From positions 249,364,001-249,428,000 of the forward strand of contig OZ024743.1 of NCBI GenBank assembly GCA_964016885.1: 64,000 bases of DNA. The letters are read 5' to 3'. The notes under the pieces were generated by a model that saw only the letters and a program-made list of their open reading frames with translations, had not been told where the DNA came from and did no database searches. Within the stretch, counting starts at the first letter, position 1; each line of letters opens with the position of its first letter. The DNA is from Eledone cirrhosa (taxonomy: Eukaryota). A program made the translations under genes and the position numbers. Positions 1 through 12,171 of this stretch are shown piece after piece.

Positions 1-88
1 TTAGAAATAAAAAAAGACAAAGAGAAGTAAAAATTAAAAGAAAACAGATATATGAAGAGATCAATAGAAAGAAGTTATCAGTGTTTAC

Positions 89-375
89 TTATTCCTTCTA
101 ATCCACCCCAGGCTGCTGAAGTATCTGAAAATTGTGGTGCAAATAGCAGTGTTTTCTTGTTTCCAAGACGGTAGTTTCCAATTAGATAGAGAAGAATATC
201 ATGCAAAGCTGAGGTAATCTGTAGGAGCAAATTCAAGGAATTTATGCAGCCTTCATCAGGTAATTTACTGAACATTGTTAGCACTTCGATGCAGTGAGGT
301 ATATACCATATGTTGATCACCTTTCCATCTTCAGACATGACAATCTCTTCAGTTTCTATTTCAATTTCCATGTCA
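89..375 (-). CDS. CCDC162: CCDC162-like protein, internal exon 19 of 19 seen (gene continues beyond window start)
   Basis: Acceptor ttgcag, donor gtaaac. Encodes SDMEIE...VINIWYIPHCIEVL...AAWGGLEGI, which resembles the recalled vertebrate CCDC162 segment ...DWGGTEGIG. Phase 2 in, phase 1 out. Confidence 0.85.
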
Positions 376-529
376 CTGCAAGACAGAAATTAGAAATCAC
401 CACCACCACCATCATCATCATCATTGTCATTTTACATTTTTTACATCTATTATTCATGCTGGCATGAGTTGGGTGGGTTGTCAAGGTCAAAGACTAGACA
501 TGTTGGAAAACATATGTTATAATACACAG

Positions 530-925
530 CTTCTTCTTCTATTCCTGAGAGGGTCGTAGGGGCATAGTCCTCAAATATTCCTTCCAGTGGATTCTGTCAG
601 AAGAAACCATCTCCAACTGATCCGGCTGGATCTCTAAGCGAGACCATGGATGTTATCCAACCATCTTGCTCGGGATCTACCCCTGGGTCTCCTGCCAGTT
701 GGTTTTGCCCGTAAAATCTGTCCAGCAATTCTTCTCTGAGACATTCTAACCACATACCCATAGTATTGGAACTGTGGTTGCTCAATTCGGAGAAGTAGTG
801 GCTCTACCTGGAGTGACTCTGATCTCCTTGCTATGAGTACCATTACTCCAAAGACCCTACAGAGGAACCCCATTTCAACTGCTTGTATTTGCGATTGTAT
901 TCTTTCTTATGCTTTCATCATCATC
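530..925 (-). mobile_element. Decayed 3' end of a second RTE-type LINE family ((GAA)n tail)
   Basis: ORF remnant RIEQPQFQYYGYVVRM...GRRPRGRSRARWLD is typical of an RTE C-terminus; a related copy lies at ~31640-32430. Confidence 0.7.
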
Positions 926-1127
926 ATTGGCCATCTTTCCATCCATTTTGCCAATCTGCAGTGTATTTTTTTACCCCTTTTTTTTTCTTGGGTAAAATAC
1001 ATTGCAGCATGGCAAAATGGATGGAAAATGGCCATTGATGATGATGATCGTGATGATGATGACGATGACAATTAGAAATCAAATAAAATGCAAGTTGAAA
1101 GCATAAGAGAGACATAATTAGAATTAC

Positions 1128-1202
1128 CTTAATTGCTTTTCCATTTTTGCCTTGCTTTTTGAATTACTAACTTCAGAACGACTTATAGTGAAAAAAGCAT
1201 CC
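1128..1202 (-). CDS. CCDC162: CCDC162-like exon 18
   Basis: ttttacag / gtaatt; (R)DAFFTISRSEVSNSKSKAKMEKQL; 75 nt, phase 2/2 fits neighbours. Confidence 0.8.
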
Positions 1203-1936
1203 CTGTAAAAATAAATATAATCTTTTTAGATAGAAGTTTCCAAGCAGATCAGTGATACATTTCAGCTTTTCAGTTACAATGTATACTCATGTATTAGTCA
1301 AGCCTTCATCATTATCATTATATTTTTTCCATCCATTTTCCATGCTTGTATAGATTGAAATGGGTGGGTCTTTTTCAGCACAGCTTTCTTCCACTAGTAT
1401 TCCTTCATCATTGCCTTTGAGGTTCAGTGTTTTGAGATCTGCTCTCCCTACTTCTGCTCAGGTTTTCCTTGGTCTTCCTTGATGTAAAAACCAGTGAAGT
1501 TGAATGGCTTTGTGGTTAGGGTGTTTGGCTCACAATCATAAGGTCATGAGTTCTCTTTATTTCACATTGCTCAAGTTCACTCAGTTGGAAAATATGAATT
1601 GTACCTGCATTTCAAAGTGCCACACTGAATCTCCAATGTTAAGGGTACATATGTCTGTAGAATTCTCACACAGAAATACACACACACACACATACATACA
1701 TACATGATAACTGCCACTTCTTTACAGAAGAGGGCCATCTCTCCAACATTGTGCTGAATAGCCATAAGCCCACAAATGACTTGCTCTTATGTACTCTCAT
1801 GTGCTACTTGAGACCAGCAACAGTTCTACAAAGTCTGTCACAAAACTGACACAGGCCTTTCAGGGAGGACATCAATATATTCGGCCTCAGTCTGCTGATT
1901 GCTGTGAGCAATTAAATGACTAGCAAGCCCAGCATG

Positions 1937-1977
<41 letters not shown>

Positions 1978-2081
1978 CATACATACAATACTGACAAATT
2001 ACATCATGGAAAGTCACTTTTTTGAATACCAATCCATCAGAAACTGGCTCTTGTTCTATGATACAAAGCAGTTTATTTTAA

Positions 2082-2301
2082 CCCTTTAGCATTTACATTA
2101 CTCTTTATTTACTATTGTATTTTCACGGTGAAGGCTTTACCTCACATAATTATCTCACATAATACCAAATCTATGAGATATTGATATTATTTATTTTAAG
2201 AACAATACCTTAACATCAGTATGAGCAGCCAGTTATGGCTGGTTTGAAAAGAAAAGGTGAGAGAATTCTGGCTGGATACGGCCGGTTTAAATGCTAAAGG
2301 G
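2082..2301. mobile_element. piggyBac-type MITE (family 1); other copies at 7881-8101, 9196-9393, 25243-25463
   Basis: TTAA target duplication, TIR CCCTTTAGCATTTA...TAAATGCTAAAGGG, ~200-220 bp, four homologous copies. Confidence 0.85.
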
Positions 2302-2568
2302 TTAAACAATTTATATTTATCTAAAAATCTTCTATCATAATCTTATGTAAGAATCTTTGTTAAGCTAGGCTCCAAACATCAGCTTAATAATGAGAAAGTT
2401 AGTTATAGTACTAAATACCTCCAAAGGTTTGATTATTTTCAAAATTATTTGAATATCATAGGCAATGGTTTTCATTAGAAATATGGTAACAAATGGTTAA
2501 GAACACAAAAATAGTTACACAAGCAGTCATGACCCTGTAACATACAAGAATGGTTATTGTTTATTTAC

Positions 2569-2691
2569 CTTATTGTTGGGAACTCTTCCAATTTCTGGAA
2601 TATACTGTTATAAAATCCAATAATTTGACTTCTCAATAAATATTGTGACATGTTTGTTGCCATGTTATCACACATTTCAGATAGCAGATTG
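2569..2691 (-). CDS. CCDC162: CCDC162-like exon 17
   Basis: atgcag / gtaaat; NLLSEMCDNMATNMSQYLLRSQIIGFYNSIFQKLEEFPTIR, cf. recalled MSHYALRGQIMAY...LEDFPTIR. Confidence 0.85.
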
Positions 2692-5511
2692 CTGCATGTA
2701 GAAATACAACTTATTATTATAATTGTGAAAGCATGTGCTTTAGTAGTGTTGGACTCTCAATCATAAGGTCATGAATTCAGTTCCTGGCCTGGTTAACACG
2801 TTGCGTCCTTCATCAAGACACTTTGTTGCTCCAGTCCACTCAGCTGGTAAAAATAGGTTGCAACAACACTGGTGCCCAGTTGTATTGGCATTTGCCTTTT
2901 ATTTGGACAACATCAGTGGCATGGAGAGGGTTAACTGGCATGTTTGCATACCTGTGGGTCTTCCACAAAACACCTTTCTCAGGAAAACACCTTTCTTGCA
3001 TTGGTTTGAGGAACTTTTCTCATACAAACCCATGACTGAAGGGGGTCTAATATATCATAATTGAGAAATACAAGTTAGGTCAAAATACACACTAACATTT
3101 TAAGCCCATTTTTTTCTCTACTATAAAGCAGAGGTTGGCTCAGCAGGCTCCATGATAAGATTCAAATTCATCAATGGGGTTCTATTTGAGGCAAGATTTT
3201 ACAGTTGAATGCCCTTCCTGGTGCAAACCTTATTAGTTACCTCTTACAAAACATATTTGAAACTATGTATACACAGTAAAAGAGTTATGTCAAAATGGTA
3301 AATTAGAAATATCACATTGGAGGCAGGGACAAATCTGAGTAGTAAAGAAGTTATGAAAAATATTACAGGTAATGTGTGTGTGTGTGCACACGCATGCATG
3401 TGTGTATGTGATAATTGCAAAAGAGAAAAAAGAAGACAAAGAGAGATACAGGTATAATGTTTCAAAAGATATTGGAAATTTCAGATTCATGATTAAATAA
3501 TGCATATGATATATTAGTGCCTCTGCTTTTCTGACTGTGCAAGCTGCATATCTCCTCTAACCAAATCTATCTAACACATTTGTCTCCCATCCCATTAGTT
3601 ACTAATATTATGCTTCACATTCTAGATTCTTAATAACTCATTTTCCCCATATTTCCTCACTGAAATTCTCTTTCCACATACATATATAATGTTGATGATG
3701 AGAGTTGTGACTTGTGAAATTAACATGGCTGAGAATTCCAAAGACACATGTACCTCTAACATAATTCTTGGGGAAATTTAGCATGACACAAGGTGTGACA
3801 AGGCTGGCCCTTTGAACTTTGAATCAAAAAGCTTCCAAATAATTTCACAAGGCATGGGTTGACCCAAGGCTATGACACTATAACACTGGCTCAAGATGCC
3901 ACACAATGGGATTGAACCCAGGAACTAATTAATGGCTATGCTGTCTCCCTTCACATATATCATGCAAATGTCAATCTACATATGTTCAAATTGTGCTCCA
4001 GCCCCATCAATTTCACTAGTGTTGGAAAGAAAGTTTTCTTCTAAAATCATCATCATCATTTTACACCTGCTTTCCAAAATGGCATGGGTTGTCATGGTCT
4101 GAGATTAGGCAGGTCAACTGTATGTGTGTGTGTGTGTGTGTGTATGTGGGGGGAGGGGGGGGGGGGGTCATGCTTTGCTCATAGGTTCCATATTTGGCAC
4201 ACTTTCTACAGTTGCATGCCTATCCTAATACTAACCTCTTAACAGCATGTACTGGTTGCATGTTATCATGGCACTAGCACTACTTCTTACAGTGTACTAG
4301 GTGCATTCTATCATGGCACCAACCACTTACAAAGAGTACATAATGCATTTTATTATAGCATCACCACTACTACTTTATAGTGTGTATTTGAAGCATTTTA
4401 TCATGGCACCAGCACTACCACTTTACAGAGTGTACTGGATGTATTTTGTCACTTTATATATTTTCTGAAGAATGTAATCATCATAGAATTCTTTGTAGAC
4501 AAGTAGATTCTTATATATAGAAAATTGGCAGAATTATTAGAGCATCAGACAAAATGCCTTCAGGCATTTGTTGCAGCTATTTGTGCTCTAGGTTCAAATC
4601 CTGCTGTGGTCAACTTTGCCTTTCAAAGTCAATAAAATAAGGTATTAGTGTGGAGCAGTGGATTGATGGGATTGTCAGATCATTGGACAAACATGCATAG
4701 TGGTATTTGTTCTAGGTCTTTATGATCTGAGTACCCTGGCAGGAAAAGTGAGCTTACCCGTATCTAGCTGAGAGCAGGCCATTCCAGCACAGAATAATGA
4801 CTTGAAGATGGACCTCAATAGATATGAGGTATCTGACAGCTCACTGTAACCAATATGTGATACATATCATCCTGGAAATTCTCCTTGCCACAGAAGTGTT
4901 GTTTGAAGGTCATGTTTGTGCAGTTGAAGTCAGTACATTGTCTTCATCACCTCAAATTAATTATTTGTACAGGTTTCATCTTAACCATTGTTGAGGATCC
5001 AGAATTGGCCTCATCATTCATGAGAGAAGATTTTGATGAGAAAGATGGTGAGGTATTGCCATATGTCTCCAGTCATCACACACAGATTGACTCAGATGTA
5101 GGGCCTGGTTCTAATGACAGATTGACCTAACCAACTGAAGGAGATTTTGTCTTGAAGGAAAGAAGGTTAGAGTACATATTTCACATAGTATTCTAATTAT
5201 TATTTACTAACATTGAAAATATAAGCATTTTAAGACCATTTTCCCTACTAAAGCAGTGGTTAGACTTGTGAGCCCTCCTTGTCAGGCTTCACAATCATCA
5301 TGGTATCTTTTTTGAGGCGATGTTTTATAGCTGGATGTCCTTCATAATTCCAACCCTTTTAGTTGTCTCTTATGAGACACAAGGATACAGTTTACCTATT
5401 CTAAAAAGGATGTGCATGGTAACATTGTGACATTGAGACTATGCAATGACAGAAAAAGAAATAAAACTTAACAAATAAACTGTAAGTCAATAAAACACCC
5501 TTAATACAAAC

Positions 5512-5606
5512 TGTTTAATCTTCCCAGACTGAGCTGAGACATGTATTCTAGACTCTGATTCCACTTTATTGTTGTATTTCTGCAACATCATGTCACGAAA
5601 TGCAGT
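5512..5606 (-). CDS. CCDC162: CCDC162-like exon 16
   Basis: tcttag acceptor; TAFRDMMLQKYNNKVESESRIHVSAQSGKIK. Donor gtttgt chosen because it gives the phase 2 required by the next exon, so the donor is less certain. Confidence 0.7.
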
Positions 5607-6215
5607 CTAAGAAGCAGAAAAGAATTTCAAAATGTGATATATTATTCATGATCAGGTCAAGTTTTAAAATAAATAGAACAGAAATAAAATTACAAATTTA
5701 AGAATGTTTTCTAATGTTGTCACAGGGCCATCAATTTGGGGGAGGAATGGAAAGTTGATTTTATTGGCCCCTGTACTTGACTGGTACATTATTTTATTGA
5801 CATCAAAAGGATGAAAAGCAAAGTCAGTTTTGGTGAGATTTAAATTCTGAATGTAAAGTACTGGAACAAATATTATTAGGCATTTGTCCAATGCTCTAAC
5901 AACTCAGCCAATCCACTACCCTAATTACATCTTTAATAATAAAATGAAATAAACAACCATCCAGTTATTAAACCAATCAACTAGAAATTTGTAATAAATT
6001 GAAGTGAAAACCATGTGCGTGTGTTTTTTATTGGCAGCATGACCTTCCCAAAGTATAACAATATCTGCTTCAACACACGGTTTCAGATAAGAAATACTGC
6101 AAAATGAAATAAAATAAAACCAATTCTAAAACTGTTTGTAAATTTAGAATCTTCATATATCAATGGGGCAAATACTGTATAGTTTGAGAGAGGTTATTAG
6201 AAAATCTTATCAGTA

Positions 6216-6331
6216 ATAACAGACTATAATCTTAAAATCAACCTGTTCTCATCTGATCACCAAAGTTAAGCAATGTCGAGCCTAGTTAGTACTTAGTTGG
6301 GTGACTGTTTGGGAAACCTAGGTGTTGTGAG
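6216..6331 (+). pseudogene. Decayed 5S rRNA copy (pseudogene or SINE3 head)
   Basis: ...gttctcatctgatcaccaaagttaagcaatgtcgagcctagttagtacttagttgggtgactgtttgggaaacctaggtgttgt matches the invertebrate 5S consensus, with many CpG-type transitions. Confidence 0.85.
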
Positions 6332-6585
6332 AAAAAAATGATGGAACTCCAACAGAGCCTCAGCCTGTTGGCTGGAAGATGTAATAGAGTTATCTATAAG
6401 AGGTAATGAAACCTGCCACAACATTAATTTTAATTAACATTAATACTTCGCCATAAATTTACATTCTAATAATGATTTAAGCATCATGTTGATCATGAGA
6501 TACTCCAAATACCGAATCTATCTTGAGACATCAAAAATATTTAGTTAAAAGTTGTTGACAAAATGATAAACATGCCATTTATTAA

Positions 6586-7865
6586 CCCCCCCCCCCCCCC
6601 CCTGCGCCTGATCGCAAGTATAAAATAAATCTTGTTGGCTCCCAACGACAGAATTTATCTATCAAACTATCTTACGGGTGATCTGTCGATTTTGAGAATG
6701 TAAGCAAAACCTGTCTTTTCTTTATTTCCATAGTCTCCTCAATTAAGCATTGTTTTAAAATCTTATTTATACCACTCTAAAATTCAAATTCTCCGTTTCC
6801 TCTCTGATTTTAAATTATTATTTTACATGTTTTTTAATATGTCTCAATCTGTTGGACCCTTCCTAAAAACTAAACTTCTCTCAATCTATTGGACCCTTCC
6901 TAAAAACTAAACTTCTCCTAAAGTCACCCATAAAGTCGTCTGTGTTTTAAACTCCTATTTATATCAGCCTAGATGTCAAATTCTCCGTTTTCCTCTCGGA
7001 TCTTCAATTAATATTTTATATATTTTTAATAATATGTCTCTTTCTGTTGGACCCTTCCTAAAAACTAACCTTCTAGTATTGTTATTAAATAATTATTCTA
7101 GAACCTTCCTGCATCTCGCTCGCAAACTTTGTAAACACTTTGCTCCTTCTCTCACCCCAAAAGGTTTCTCTCTAAAAATGAAAGGCAGATTGTATGATGC
7201 CTGTATACAAACAGCAATGCTACATGGCAGTGAGACATGGGCATTATGTGCCATTTACTTGAGAGAAGACTACGTTGGTATGGTCACGTGATGTGCATGA
7301 AAGACGACAGCTGCATAAAAAAGTGCAGGGCGATCAAAATTGATGGTAGTTACGGAGTAGGTAGACCCAGAAAAACCTGGGATGATCTGATAAATTCCGA
7401 CCTCACACACTTACATCTCTCGAAGACAATGTCTCTGGACCGAGATCTTTGCCGCTACGCAGTAATACAGAAGACCCGCCTTGCCTATGTACAAAGCGAA
7501 ACCTAGTAAGTAGGCACCTCTTAACCAAATATACACCCCAATCCACTACCCCTACCCTATCCTCTCACTCCCACCAACAGCACGAGAAAATGAGATCGAG
7601 ATCGTGTAGGTGTCACAACAAAAAACACACACAGTCCACGCTGTAATGTGGCCATGTAGGTAACACGGTAAAAAGTTCCCAGTTCCACACTGTAAATGTG
7701 GTTGGTGTTAGGAAGGGCATCCAGCCGTAGAAAACCTGCCAGATAGTCCTATATGAGCGAGACACGGTCACCCGACCAGCCTTGCCTCAAGTGGGACAAC
7801 TCCCGTCTAACCCATGCTAGCGTGGAAAATGGACGTTAAACGAAGATGATGATGATGATGATGAT
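6586..7865 (+). mobile_element. Internally deleted RTE derivative: 5'-UTR repeat region fused to last ~700 bp (ORF end, 3' UTR, (GAT)n tail)
   Basis: 6600-7158 is the reverse complement of the upstream region of the 33.0-37.4 kb RTE. It joins directly to KGFSLKMKGRLYDAC and ends gacgttaaacgaa(gat)n. Confidence 0.8.
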
Positions 7866-9596
7866 ACAAATTCTCGTTAACTCTTTAGCATTTAAACCGG
7901 CCGTATCCTGCCAGAATTCTCTCACCATTTTCTGTTCAAACTGGCTGTAACCGGCCACTTATACTGATGTTAAGGTATAGTTCTCAAAATAGATAATATC
8001 AAAATCTCGTAGATTTGATATTATGTGAGATAAATATGTAAGGTAAAGCCTTTACCATGAAAATACAATAGTAAATATAGAGTAATGTAAATGCTAAAGG
8101 GTTAATGGAATCATAATTAACCCTTATAGTGTCAGTTAGAATGCTTTGCAGCATTTGTTCTTTCTCTTTATGTTCTGAGTTCAATTCTCGCTAGGGTAAT
8201 TTGCTTTTTATTCTTCCACAGTCGATAAAATAAAGTACCAGAAAAGAACTGGGGTCAATATAATTGATTTCCCCTTCCCCAAAATTGTTGGCCTTGTGCC
8301 TAAATTAGAAACTATTATTAATATTTGTAGCATTAACTTTCAAGAATAAAAAATGAATAAAAAAAAAATTCCCAAGATAGTTCAGAGTTGTACTTGTCGG
8401 ATAAGATCTGAGACGTTTGTTGAAAAAAATAATTACAACATGGAAGAGTCATTTTAGACATTCAAAAAATAGAGAGATTGTTAAATTCACTTTATATCAT
8501 TTTCTAGCAGAAATACAAGCATCCAGTTTTCTGCTAGTGTAAGCATGTGTGTGTTTTGTAATATATCTATCAATGTGTACAAATTTATGAAAAATACATT
8601 TTTGACATCCAAATGACAAACTCCCAATGATATATTTCATCTTGGGATTTATTTTATTTCAACATTGTCGTTTTAACATCTGCTTTCTTTGCTATTTATT
8701 AAAAAAGCCTTTTTTTTTTTGCTCACCCCAACCAAGGCAATAGAGTTACTAAAATGCAGAGAGAACATAATTGAAGGAGAGAGATGATAATTGATGATGT
8801 ATTTGAATTTTTGTAAATTGTAGTGGTCAGGAAAGCAAGAAGCTGGAAGAGAATTCCATAGGCGAGATGTGCGAGAGAAGAAATTATCTGTATTGAATTT
8901 GCGATTATTATAGGAACTTCAACTGTAAAGGAATGAGAACTAATCTCCAATCTGGTGCTCTGTTTAAACTCATGGAGATGAGGCAACAATGTGGAAAGCT
9001 CACCAGAACAATTCCTATGAAAATATTTATAAAAGAGGCACAGTGAGGCAACATTTCAGCAGGGTGATAGTGATTGAAGTTGACATGTTGACAATTCTTC
9101 TTTGGCTCTTATCTAGACTCTCAAGGTGCATGTTTATCCCCTACAAAATGGTGACTCCCAACTTGTGTGCAGTGTAATAAATCACTTATAATTAACTCTT
9201 TAGCATTTAAACCAGTTGTATCTGGTCAGAATTCTCTCACCTTTTTTTGTTAAAATTGGCTGCTCATACTGATGTTAAAGTATTGTTCTCCAAATAAATA
9301 ATAATAAAATCTCATAGATTTGATATTATGTGAAGTAAAGTCTTTACCATGAAAATATAATAATAAATATAGAGCAATGTAAATGCTAAAGGGTTAAAAA
9401 GAAAAAAAATTATTAATGATGGCAGAACAATATACCTGAATGTTGTAAGATGTGACTAAAAGGGTTGGTATCAGGAAAGACACCTGGTTATAAAACATTA
9501 TGCCAAAACATCCCATCCAACCCATGACAGTGGATGTGATAATGATGATGATGAACATTAGAAAATGTACAAAACAAAATGAATAAGAATGGTCAC

Positions 9597-9729
9597 CTTG
9601 ACAAACTGGATAGAGACAAATGCTTCAGGAAAGATAGTCCTCTGTGGAGTAATGCTAATAGAAACGGATTCACAACTGTCTTTAGAGTCATCTGGTTTAA
9701 TCAATGATTGGTTCCTTTCTTTATCATAT
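9597..9729 (-). CDS. CCDC162: CCDC162-like exon 15
   Basis: attag / gtgacc; YDKERNQ...FPEAFVSIQFVK, cf. recalled PEAFVSIQLEK. Confidence 0.8.
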
Positions 9730-10762
9730 CTAATTAATAATATAAGAATAAAACATTTCATTTAAAGACAACTGGAATAAAGGAAGGATACAGAAAAATT
9801 GTATTATTTATGTCGTTTATCTTCTAAACATGAGTTATGGAGATATACATCCTGCTTGATCCATGGTTATAGCTGGATGCCCCTCCTGATGCCAACCCAT
9901 ACTTTTCAATATGGTAAAAATTCACCAATTTAACAGTGTTTTGGAAGTGAAGCCATGCACAAAAATACACATACATACAAACGATGGGCGTTCACAGAGT
10001 TCCCATTTATGAAATTCACTCAGAATGTATTGGTTAGCCTGAGATTAAACCCAAAGTACCATGTAGCAAGACTAAACCTGGAACTACTAAACCACACAGC
10101 CATGACTGACTGTGTCGACAATTGGAATTAAATACCGAAAATTCTGCATTTATCTAACAATAATTGAAACTTATATAAAGTATATAAATATCATCATCAT
10201 CATCATCATCACCATCATGTGTATGAAATCAGGCCAGTCCAAAGTAGAGGGGATAAGTGAACCAGTCAGCATCAGACTATATTTAAGAGGCCTTCTTTCT
10301 TTAAATTTACTGTCTTTTATTCTCTTCTGTTACTTGTAAGTATATCATGTACATCATATGTATATATATATTTCTGTAATCTATACATTAATGCACTGTT
10401 TACTAAAATACTTAATGAGCAGTTTGAAATGAGGTCTACATTTCATGAAATGAGGTCTACAATTTTACATCTGGACTGAACCTACAAACCAGCTTTAGGA
10501 GATGGAGCTATATTTTACATCTGGCCTGAACCTATTGCTAGCTTTAGGGGGGGGGGGAGCTACATTTTATATCTACAAATTGTTAAAGTGCTTGATGTGG
10601 AAGAGGTGAGAGGAAGGCAAAATATACTATAAAAAAAAGACAAGTTATAGTGCTTTCAGATATGAAAGAGGGGAAGAAAAATGTAAAAAGTTCCGTAAAA
10701 AATGTTTACAAGTTGTAGAGGGGTTTTAGATGTAAAAGAAGTTAGAGGGACAATTTACTCAC

Positions 10763-10896
10763 TTATTTTTTGCCTGAATGGTAAATACATTGTTAGATTC
10801 TGTGACCTGCAGAACTGAAGCAATTAGAGCATTCTGATGACAAATTTGACATTTCAAAGCCAGCTGTATTTTCTTTAATCCCTCATAAGTCAATAG
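10763..10896 (-). CDS. CCDC162: CCDC162-like exon 14
   Basis: ttttag / gtgagt; LLTYEGLKKIQLALKCQICHQNALIASVLQVTESNNVFTIQAKN; not in the ORF track. Confidence 0.8.
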
Positions 10897-10958
10897 CTAA
10901 AAAATATATAATACACACGTGTATGTCTGTGTAGCAGGGAAAGTGGATGTTAAAATGA

Positions 10959-10993
<35 letters not shown>

Positions 10994-11171
10994 GTAGGAG
11001 GTGAGTTTTATTGTAGTACAATAAAGCAATGCAGATATCGGATAAGAAGCACTCTACAGTTTGTAGGACTGGAGTATACATAATATATAAGATCAAAAGA
11101 TGGTTAAAGGATATGTTGATTTAAAACTGCACTATCCACAAGTGTTTTTTAGCCTTCATATCATGTTCTCC

Positions 11172-11242
11172 TGTTTTATCTGATGAAAACACAAATATTA
11201 TTGCATGATGATGTTTGTTTTTGAAATGCGCATAATAAAATA
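11172..11242 (+). ncRNA. Minimal type I hammerhead ribozyme
   Basis: gttttat-CTGATGA-[helix II aaacacaaatattat/atgatgatgtttgtttt]-GAAA-tgcgca-TA-ataaaat. Helix I pairs, helix III is palindromic. Confidence 0.75.
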
Positions 11243-11293
11243 CATGGAACTCCTTTAACCATCTTTTGATCTTATATATATATATATATTGTA

Positions 11294-11354
11294 TTTATCT
11301 GATGAAAGCGCACCATAATTTGCCTTGGTTGCCCTTGAAATATATATAATAAAA
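11294..11354 (+). ncRNA. Minimal type I hammerhead ribozyme
   Basis: tttat-CTGATGA-aagcgcacca...tggttgccctt-GAAA-tatata-TA-ataaa. Confidence 0.7.
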
Positions 11355-11411
11355 TAAATATGGTTTTATAAATATAGTTTCCATTTATTAATATATTATA
11401 TATATATATAT

Positions 11412-11600
11412 ATATTTATTAAAATAACAGATTAAAGTTTAAGCAAAGAATCGCTGCTTTCACCCTTAATGGGATCTTCTTTGCTTAAACTTTAATCTGT
11501 TATTTTAATAAATATTTGCTCTACGGTTCTTATATATATTTATCCTTATCGAGCCCTCTTTGGATTTTAGTCTTCAAATTTATTATTATTACTATATATA
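11412..11600. mobile_element. Penelope-like terminal fragment with inverted arm, flanked by (TA)n; same family at 52179-52527
   Basis: Foldback aaaataacagattaaagtttaagcaaagaa / ttctttgcttaaactttaatctgttatttt; near-identical 3' end ...ttcaaatttattattattacta(TA)n at both loci. Confidence 0.55.
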
Positions 11601-11834
11601 TATATATATATTTCATTTGATTTATTGATTTATTGATATTTTTTCTGAGTGTCCCGAATCTTCCAGATCGCAATTTTTCGGTCGTACGGTTGATTATAGA
11701 CTTGTTCTATGTGTGACGGTATTTTAACGATAGTTATAGCTCTGATTTATCTGAATTATTGAGCCCTCTGCCGCTCATTTTCGAATTTTGTTTATCGTGA
11801 ACTCGTGCACCGATTTTTCGATACTCGATTATTC

Positions 11835-11897
<63 letters not shown>

Positions 11898-11944
11898 TTG
11901 AAAAAAATGAAAAAGAAATTTCATTTCTCACGTATGTGTACCTG

Positions 11945-12012
<68 letters not shown>

Positions 12013-12171
12013 TGCTACTGTACGTCTGTATACATATATGTATGTACGTATACATACATACTTGCATTTAAGTAAGTGCCATACTAAGAGTGAGAAATGA
12101 AATTTCGTTTTCATTTTTTTCAACTTATTTCTCATGTATGTGTACCTGTATGTGTATATATATATATATAT

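Noticed and set aside
4741-5150. Possible extra exon or nested gene (ORF 4885-5130)
   Set aside because: Not needed for phase continuity of the host gene and no recognisable homology.
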